In this document: positions 56,046-64,000 of the stretch, one piece after another | How positions within the stretch are numbered: position 1 is the stretch's first letter | Layout of the letters: every line of letters starts with the position of its first letter | Source of the DNA: Neophaeotheca triangularis | Taxonomy: Eukaryota | NCBI GenBank assembly: GCA_054600435.1 | Contig: BAAIJX010000010.1 | Span: forward strand, 434,001-498,000 | Length of the DNA stretch: 64,000 nt | Reading direction: 5' to 3' | Position numbers and translations under genes: made by a program | The notes under the pieces: generated by a model | Seen by the model: the letters and a program-made list of their open reading frames with translations, nothing else | Databases searched by the model: none | What the model was told of the DNA's origin: nothing

Positions 56046-57965
56046 TTAATGCGCAAACCGGAAATCAAGACGTTTGTTGCCTTGATCCGTAGTAGTGGCG
56101 AAGTAGTTTTCCCGCTCCTCCTTGCTCATAGCGTTCCACTTCGCATCACGACGTCTAAAAGTCATTAGCGACTTCCCCGATACACGATGCAGGCAACACT
56201 CACCTATTGACGCCGACATAAAACGCCTTTGTCGCGAGAAAGAGGACCAGATTGTAGCAGACGAGGGCTAGGATGGCCGTATTGCCGGTTTTGTAAAGCG
56301 GCTTGTCGTTTTCTCGGTAAATCTGCTTGCTATCAGTACAGGCGGATCGGTGGTATGCGCGGGCGCTTGGTTGGAACTCACGTTCACGCCAAGGATGTTT
56401 GAAGTCTGCACCGTCATGTTGTACAAAGCCGTCGCGACGGTTCTTGTCCGCACCGAGCCCGCGTTGCGGCTGGTGATGGCGACCAGGATCGCGTGCACGT
56501 ATGGTTGGGCATAGAGAAGCATCGAAACGCTCCAGGTGGCCCATTGGTCTCGACTGTCCGGGAGGACTAAGAGTGCGATGACGAGCGGCAGGACCCAGAT
56601 CTGGCTGACGGTGGCGAGAAGGAATCGCTCGTTGAGTTTCTCGCTCAACCACGTACAGGCCAGCAGGTTGATGATAAAAATCACGTAGGCGGGCATGGTG
56701 AGGAGGTTCGTTTCGAAAGTGTCGAAGCCCGCGGACCGTAACTGGAGCGTGAGGTAGGCGTGCATGGGGTTGGAAGGAATCATCCACGAGAGGCCGAGAA
56801 GGTAGATCGGCCACATGTGGTAGTCGGCCAAACATTGCCAGATCATGCGGGAAGAAAGACCCTGCCGGTTATGCATGTCGCCCTTGCTGGGATCGTCTCG
56901 GAGGATGCGATTGACGAGTAACTTCTCCTCGTTTTCGTTGAACCAGCCGTCTTTGCCCCGGAAACGAGAGGCTGTTTGCGTGGGCGACGGAGGTAGATAG
57001 AACCACGAGGCTATGCCTATCAGGCCTATCAGTGTTCCTTCAAGGGCGAAAAGCCATCGCCAGCCATCCATCAAAGGCGGTATGCCACGCATGCGAAGCA
57101 GACCATAAGCCATAAAGGCTGAAACAATGCTTGTGGACTGATACGAGACCCAAAACCAGCTGAGCCGAGTAGGCAGCTCGTTGCTTTTGTACCAGTAGGT
57201 GAGGTAGAGAATGGTGTCGGGTATGAAGCCTCCTTCGATGGCGCCAATCAGGCACCGACAGACCCAGAACGATGCTCTGCCGGAGAGGAAGGCCTGGAAA
57301 CTGGCGACGAGGCTCCACATGACCATTTGACATGGTATCCAGCGGTCTGGTCCCAACTTTTTCGAAATAAGTTGTGATGGCAACTCCGCAAGCAAAAACG
57401 AAAGATAGAAGATTGTCTGGCCTGTGTAGGTGTCAGTCGTAATTAGGTGTCAGTCGCAATTAGGAAACATCGTGGCAAGTCTCGTTCCACATACCCGTAT
57501 TGTAGTCGTTGGTCGAGATACCTAGGTCGTCCAGCATGTTGTCCGTCAAGGCCTGCTGGATATTGCCGCGATCGAGCTGCAAGGCAAAGAACATTAGACA
57601 TGCCCAAGTGCAGATCCTGGCATCGATCTGTCATTGCAAGGGTCAGCTTTTATTTCTTCGACTGCTGTGTACTTCCATGATGTTACCCTTCGAACTATAC
57701 GTTTCTCTTCCTTCGGCTCCCATTGGAACTGCGGGTCGAATCGATGAATGCCTTCATAAGTCTCGACGGGACGGTAGCGTTCATGCCCAGCCTCACCGAG
57801 GAAGGTCTGCCTGCCATCAGGCTTGGTTGTTGCCGCGGAGTCGAGGACAATTGCTTCTGGAACAGCTTTCCCTTCTAGAGTCGAATCCGGTTTGATGTTG
57901 CTGTCACCGCTTTTTGGCGTATCGATGCCAGTGCTCGAAAGAATGGGCTCCTTTCCGTTGGTCAT
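56046..57965 (-). CDS. MFS transporter, anion:cation symporter / allantoate permease (DAL5-like) family
   Basis: Five exons with introns 57686-57628, 57494-57422, 56381-56323 and 56203-56155. Motifs FALQLDRGNI, AELPSQLISKKLGPDRWIP, GWRWLFALEG and terminal GNKRLDFRFAH. Confidence 0.93.
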
Positions 57966-58743
57966 GATGCTCTTGGATGGTTCTAATCCCGGCGAAAGTA
58001 AGTCAAGCACTGAATGAACGTATTTGAGTGCTTGCCTACACTTTAATAAAAATACTGTTACATCACACCCTGAGGTCGTCTCTCTTCACATGGCCGGGTA
58101 TCGATGTCGTGCTACAGCATCTCTTCCAGCGCAAGCGACGTTATCAGTCAAATCGCGCCGGAAGGCGACCTTTGATCCCACAAATGAGAGCTGACCATCT
58201 AAGATAGTCCTCGCACCATCGATTGCCATTGGTAGCCTGGGGTAGATACTCTGGTTGAACAAAGCAGCGTGCTTTCACGAAGCTGTCACGTCTTTGCCAA
58301 GCATCACGTCTTTGTCAATCTTCCTGCACTGCTAGAGCAATGCTGGCAGTTGTTTGACGACAGCCTGGTGGATAAGTCGCTGACGGAGGAGTAACTGGAG
58401 TTGTCCAGGGCCAAAAACTCTCACAATGCCATGAGCGGGTGTACCCGCATCCTCAAGTCACGCCATTCTTGTGCATGTGGCACAATGGCAAGGATCGATC
58501 TTTACGCCGTAAGACTGTAGCGATCAATGGTTTGCAATGAGGGCAGTATTGCGACAACTCGGCAATGCAGCGGAGAACATGTCGTCAATAGTATCGCTGT
58601 TGACATTACTAGCCAGGTCGATGCTGCAAAAGAGATAAATTAGCATCGATTCTCCGATAGTCAACGACCATACAACACAAGCATTAGCTCCAAACAGAGC
58701 CTCGAGTAGCATGCCTCTGACTCTCGCCGGCGTACCAGACATC

Positions 58744-59948
58744 ATGGCTCCCTCCGCTATCCACCAGCCTTTGTCGAACGGCCCTCTGCCTTCCAAAACC
58801 GCACCTGGAAACCAAAGCAACGCCTCCTACAAAGAAGCTTTCTCCCAAAGTGCAGCTTCTACCAACTATGAGAACGAAACCAAAGGCACGGCGGATTATG
58901 CTCCAGCTGCCTACCCACAGTAAGTGATTACTGCCACTCCCGCCCACCCAACGGCACTGCTAAGCCTGAAGCCAGCTACCTGCCCTACTGGGATGATGTG
59001 ACCTACCCGCCCCTCGAGCCCTTTGAAGCCTACGAACATGGCAAAGACGCCGATCCCGCCTTACCCAACCTGCTCCAACAAGGCAAAACCAAAGTCCACG
59101 ACCTCACCGCCAACATCGGCGCCGAAATCAGTGGAACCCAGCTAAGCCAGCTCTCACCCGCGGGCAAAGACGAACTCGCCCTCTTCGTGGCGCAGAAAAA
59201 AGTCGTAGTCTTCCGTGACCAAGACTTCGCCGACCTCCCCATCCAAGCCGCCCTCGACTTGGCCGAATACTACGGGCCCTCGCACATCCACCAAGCCAGT
59301 GGCGCCCCCAAAGGCCATCCCCGTGTCCACCTCGTCCACCGCTCCGCAGCCGACACCACAGCAACCGATTTCTTCCGCTCCCGCACCAACAGCATCACCT
59401 GGCACACTGACGTGAGCTTCGAGCTGCAACCCCCGGGAACCACATTCCTCTACCGACTCGACGGTCCCGCAGCCGGCGGGGACACCATCTTCGCCAACAT
59501 GGCCGAAGCCTACAACCGCCTGTCTCCCGCTTTCCAACAGCGCCTCCACGGCCTGAAAGCCGTCCACAGCGGGCACGAACAAGCCGCTGCCGCTCGCGCG
59601 CGAGGCTCCGTCGTCCGCCGTGAACCCGTCAGTACCGTGCACCCGCTAGTACGCACGCACCCGGCGACTGGCGAGAAAGCTCTCTACGTCAACGAGCAAT
59701 TCACGCGCAGCATCGTGGGCTACAAAGTCGAAGAGTCAGAAGCGCTGTTGCGGTTCTTGTTCGAGCACATTGCTAAAAGCGCGGATTTGCAGGCGCGGGT
59801 CAAGTGGGAGTCAGGCACTGTGGTAGTGTGGGATAATCGGGTCACGGCGCATTCGGCGTTGTTGGATTGGCAGGATGGGCAGAGGAGGCATTTGGCTAGG
59901 TTGACGCCGCAGGCGGAGAGGCCGTTTGAGACGCCTTTTGAGGCTTAG
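58744..59948 (+). CDS. Fe(II)/alpha-ketoglutarate-dependent sulfonate dioxygenase (TauD/JLP1-like)
   Basis: Intron 58920-58975 restores HYLPYWDD. Motifs IGAEISG, VVVFRDQD, WHTDVSFE (HxD), GGDTIFA, HPLVRTHPATG and WDNRVTAH. Confidence 0.95.
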
Positions 59949-60061
59949 GGTGTTGAGACTTACTTTGTTAAGCTGATTCGGCGGCATTGTGTGTCGTTGG
60001 GGGAGGCTGCGGGTTGTGGATCTTCGTTTCGGTGGGCATCCTGTTGGTTTTGCTGCGTACG

Positions 60062-60992
60062 CTAATGCGATATGCCGCTGAACGGACATCCCACGCCCTC
60101 AGGTCTGTCGTTGAGAGCTTCGATCGGTCTACCCAAACTCGTCTTTCCCGAGCGTCCACTACCCGTGGAGCGCGTTGAAGCGCCGTCGCTCCCACTGCTG
60201 CTATCTCCTAGAATCTTCTTCCCGTTCAAATCTCCCTCAGCATCGGTCTGTTCCTTCTTCTCCAGCTCTTCCAACGCCTCTTTGGCATCACCAGTATGCC
60301 ATCTTGCTAGCAAGTCGTTTTGTATCCAGATCACCTTGCCGATGGCTTTGACGATTGCGATTTTCTCTTGCAGATCGAGGCGGGGGTGCGAAAGAATGGC
60401 TTCCGTCATGCTGTCTTGGATGAAACCTAGGCAGGCTCCAAGAAAGAGGTAATCAACATGAAGGGGGTTACGGCGGCCTCGGCCTACATGCATGTAGCTG
60501 GAAATCGGACATGTTAAGAGGAGAGATGCGATTTTAAATGGGTTTTAGTAGGATGAGTACTCACCCGACTTTGTCCAGGTACTCCCAGTACTCTGCTTTT
60601 GTGGGATTGGAGTTGAGTTTAGTCAAATACCATCTAAGGAAGATCTTGCGGTTTTGGATTTGCTGATCGTTCTCGCTGGGCCATCGATCGGGGTTCTCTT
60701 CGTTTCTCGAGTCTCTTGTAGCGAAAACTCGGGCGGTGATGTCGTTCTTGAGAAGCTTTTTGTATACGATGTTTACAATGGCTGGAATGATGGTCTTGAC
60801 GTATTGTTGCCCGCGTATCAAGGCTGCTACATCGTCTGCTAGGTGTTAGATGCAAATTTGCCGTGATGTGCAGGATACTTTCATACCGGCTCCAAATTCC
60901 AGGAACTGATGTAGGTACAGTATGCGAGCTGGTAGGCTAGTGTTGAGCTCTCGTCGGTCCACGTGCTGCATTCCCGGTGGTAAGGGAGACAT
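60062..60992 (-). CDS. Single-domain sensor-type globin (protoglobin/fungoglobin-like)
   Basis: Exons 60992-60887, 60838(or 60835)-60565 and 60497-60062 give RILYLHQFLEFG...IPAIVNIVYKKLL...YWEYLDKVGYMHVG (proximal His)...LHVDY...KVIWIQNDLLARWH. Confidence 0.88.
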
Positions 60993-61946
60993 TGTAAAGT
61001 TGCAATTTTTATATGAGTGTACGGAAAGAATACGAAATGGGAGAAACAGAGCAATGAACGTCCACCTGATGCGTCAGTGGTGAATACTTATCCTTTGGAA
61101 CCTTAAGCTGTGTAGGAGGTATATCAGGGGTCCTTGTATTTGTTGGCGGTGTCGATGATGAATCGGCGACCTGATTTCGTCTCTTGAGACGTGCTAGCTG
61201 GGTAGCTTGGGCAGCAGAATGATCTGTTTTCGTCTGAAGCCATAGCTTTGGCAACATTATTGGGTGATGCGGTGGGTATGTTAATGGATGCGCGGGCGTG
61301 AAGGAACAGGTGAGGTCGGTAAGCTTGGACCGGCGGTCGGCTTGGCTCGGGTTGTTGTCACGCCACGGCACGGGCATGTGGTACTATTGATGCCTCAGGC
61401 ACATTTTCCCCTTTCTCGGCCAAGGCCGGACGGATTCACCTTCAGTTGCAAGCTCGATAGATGCTTCCCTCCTTTTCAACAACCGATCCGCGCCCACAGA
61501 ACCACAGGCAGCCTCGCTCACAATCACGTGCCGTGCGACGATGGCGCCGCTTGTCGTGGAGAACTTTCGGATGAAATGGGAGGAGGAAAAGTCGCTTCTC
61601 AGGCTAGAGAGTCGGTAAAGGGACGTTAGAGGGAGCTTATTCAAAAGACGGCTCACATCGCGCGCCGGTCAAAACCATGGCTCTCCGCACTATCAAATTA
61701 CCATTTTTCTGCAGGCTCCGACTACACTACGACTACCATAAGCATTGGCTGCGGATAGCATACAACTACCGGAAAGCCCTCTAACAGTGTAAAGAAAGCT
61801 ACGACAAACCACGTACGTCGACTCGATGACCCCTCAAAGCCGACTACCCCCTAAGTCTCGAGAAACCGAACGTCAGTTTCCCCTAACAGCCGCCATCCCA
61901 TTCCTGCCCAAGCGCAATCGCGCCCCCTCTCCGGCTGTTGGGGCCA

Positions 61947-62951
61947 TCAATCAGCAATCTCAAACGTCTCTGAGGCCTCCCTCCCTGCACCTAACATTCC
62001 TTGACCTCGAGCTCGACGAACGGAACAGTCCCGCTTCTGGTACCCTTCCAAAGCGATGTTGATCCTAGTCCCCTCTGCATACATGGACTGCATTCGAGCC
62101 TCCAAATCCTTGTTAGTGGTTTCCAGCACCTCGCTCTTTGCTCTCTCGAGACTCAGCTGTGCCAGGAGAGACTCGATCGTAATCGTGTCCAGCGCGGGAA
62201 TCATGGCGTCGTCTTGAACCTGGAAAGAAGGCGAGCCGCAGTCTACGGGGAAGTTTGGAGTGTCGAAATTTGGTGGGCAGGTATGTGTTGTTGCTCGTTC
62301 GTGGCGAGGTGGCGTGGACTCTGCTTCCTGCACTGCAACGGCTTGCGCTGAGCGTCCGGGCTGGAACGAGTGATTTCCGTACCTGTGGATGAGGTGAGAG
62401 CTAGCGTTGGAAGGACTCGAGTCGTAAGCGCCAGTATGGTCGTCAGGGCAGGACCACAGACGAGTGGGAACTCGCTCCGACGCTCCAGGGTTAGAGAACG
62501 TGCCAGTCGGCCTCAGCACGTCGCCTATGTTCAGCCCAGAGCGGAGTCCCGCACGGCCATACCCAATCGCTGATGTAGGCGTCTGAAATTCTCTCCAAGC
62601 TCCCACCGACGCTCGCTCCCTATCCCGCTGCTCCGCCCACACGCGCACACATTCCTCAACCACGGCCTGGTCCCTTCTGTGCCTGTTACATAAAGACCAC
62701 GAAGCTAGCTGCCCCGACAGCTCCAAGCGCTCGTCATCGGGAAACAAGCACCACTTCTCGAGCAAGTCTTGGCGGATTTTTCGTGCGAGCACTTTCGCTC
62801 TCGCCCGGTCTTTCCCGGGGCCGTCGCAGTATCTGAGATTGCGGCAGCGCTTGACATCTCCCTTCTTCTTGCCGGTCTCGGTGTCGTCGCAGTAAGGGCA
62901 CTGTTCGTCGAAGTTCTCGGAGCTTAGGGGGCAGATCTCGAAGAGGCTCAT
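61947..62951 (-). CDS. Hypothetical protein with an N-terminal Cys/His cluster and a C-terminal coiled coil
   Basis: 334-aa ORF containing CPYC...KRCRN...LCNRH, a disordered middle, and heptad-like ESLLAQLSLERAKSEVLETTNKDLEARMQSM. Confidence 0.6.
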   Translation of the reverse strand: MSLFEICPLSSENFDEQCPYCDDTETGKKKGDVKRCRNLRYCDGPGKDRARAKVLARKIRQDLLEKWCLFPDDERLELSGQLASWSLCNRHRRDQAVVEECVRVWAEQRDRERASVGAWREFQTPTSAIGYGRAGLRSGLNIGDVLRPTGTFSNPGASERVPTRLWSCPDDHTGAYDSSPSNASSHLIHRYGNHSFQPGRSAQAVAVQEAESTPPRHERATTHTCPPNFDTPNFPVDCGSPSFQVQDDAMIPALDTITIESLLAQLSLERAKSEVLETTNKDLEARMQSMYAEGTRINIALEGYQKRDCSVRRARGQGMLGAGREASETFEIAD

Positions 62952-63554
62952 GTCGGCCTGTGTTGAGCAAGGCTCCTTGGTAGAGTCGAAAGGTGGCCGA
63001 GTGATGGGATGGCGTAATAGAGATGGAGAGACGGGAAGCTTAGAGCCTGAGGGAGAGAGAAGTTTATTTAATATTACTTGGTGTGGTCAAGTGAGACATG
63101 ACTTAGACATATAGCTAACATGAGGCTATGTATACTCCTAAGACAGCTCTGGCAAAGTGTGTAGGACCTTTAGGCTAGAGATGGACTTGACGGATCACAA
63201 GTTGTTCGATGTCTTAAGACGATGTCTTTCGTTGCGCTTAGAAGGGACGCAAGGTCTGGACTCTGACAACTGAGACTGGATCAATTGCATTGCAGTGGAG
63301 GATTGTAATCTCGTCATCGGGAAAATCCTACCTATCTCGATGAGCACCCATGCCGAGCAATGTTGGCTTGGTGTCCGAAGAACTCGAACGAGGCCGACTT
63401 GAATTATGTTCCAGCAGGAGAAGCGACTCCCCGCGCATCGACAACGAGAGACCTCCCCTTTCCGCTCCCCCCTCCCATAAGATGGCACCTTAGACAAGCT
63501 CCCATCACATCACAAACGTCACGAAACAGCTGCCAACCCCCATCCCTCGACTCT

Positions 63555-63998
63555 CTACCTAAAAGCAATCTCGCGGATACTCTTAAGCCTGCTTTCCAAA
63601 ATCCGCTTCTGCGTAGAAAGCTTCTTGTTCTCCCTACGAGCGGCTCCGAGCTCTCGCTCTTGAAGCGTCAGACGAGCCATCATGCGATCCACCTGCCGGT
63701 CCTCGTTGCGACTTGTGTTGGAAGCGCGAGCGCCGTCCGAGGATGGTGACGAAAGGATGGATTGAGCGTTGGATCGGGTGTTGTGGGCGACTATGGGCTG
63801 CGTAACGGATGAAGCCTCGGAGGTGTCGGAGTCGGACGAGGTGTCGGAATCGGTTGATGGTTCGGATGAGATGCTTTGAGTCCTTGGCTTGACTTCTGAT
63901 GGTCTGGCGCCCGCTCCGCGCAGGTTGAGGTCAGCGTTTCCGGGATCTTTGACCCGGTGGGGTGGTAGAGCGTAAGACGGGCGAGCGGGGTCTGTAGC
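63555..63998 (-). CDS. 3' end of a hypothetical protein with a Ser-rich linker and a C-terminal coiled coil (runs off the right edge)
   Basis: One minus frame is open from the window edge to TAG at 63557-63555, ending DRMMARLTLQERELGAARRENKKLSTQKRILESRLKSIREIAFR. Confidence 0.55.
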   Translation of the reverse strand, partial: ATDPARPSYALPPHRVKDPGNADLNLRGAGARPSEVKPRTQSISSEPSTDSDTSSDSDTSEASSVTQPIVAHNTRSNAQSILSSPSSDGARASNTSRNEDRQVDRMMARLTLQERELGAARRENKKLSTQKRILESRLKSIREIAFR

Positions 63999-64000
63999 CG

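Noticed and set aside
1..64000. tRNA, rRNA, snRNA, transposase, retroelement or secondary-metabolite backbone genes
   Set aside because: No cloverleaf with T-loop consensus, rRNA or snRNA signature, or DDE, RT, PKS or NRPS motifs were seen by eye. A tRNAscan-SE or Infernal run is needed to exclude small RNAs.

Overview
Eukaryotic DNA from a gene-dense filamentous ascomycete genome, with short GT-AG introns and CTRAC branch points (Dothideomycetes-like is an inference). About 24 protein-coding loci can be supported. Left to right they are APC6/Cut9 (partial), YJU2, a glycine-zipper hypothetical, a BCS1-like AAA ATPase, DUF1996, a Ser/Thr/Pro-rich GPI-type protein, annexin, an SRPBCC-like protein, IDE/STE23 peptidase, a Cys-repeat orphan, TAF11, RPL4 and NOP10 (absent from the ORF track), a Zn2Cys6 factor, a TmpA-like flavoprotein, an acyl-CoA ligase, VPS54, a small mitochondrial-type protein, a GH3 glycosidase, a DAL5-family MFS transporter divergent from a TauD dioxygenase, a single-domain globin and two orphans. 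Decaying genes are also present: an amidase, a DHA2 MFS transporter, an RTA1 gene with an in-frame TAA, and the 5'-damaged GPI protein listed above. The most unusual signals are a 79-bp element with 28-bp terminal inverted repeats and a 5-bp target duplication, about 15 abrupt C/A-rich to G/T-rich strand-skew switches inside genes, and an orphan with a fourfold Cys/His repeat plus a CaaX box. No tRNA, rRNA, CRISPR array or autonomous transposon was recognised. All family calls come from motif recognition by eye; no database search was run.
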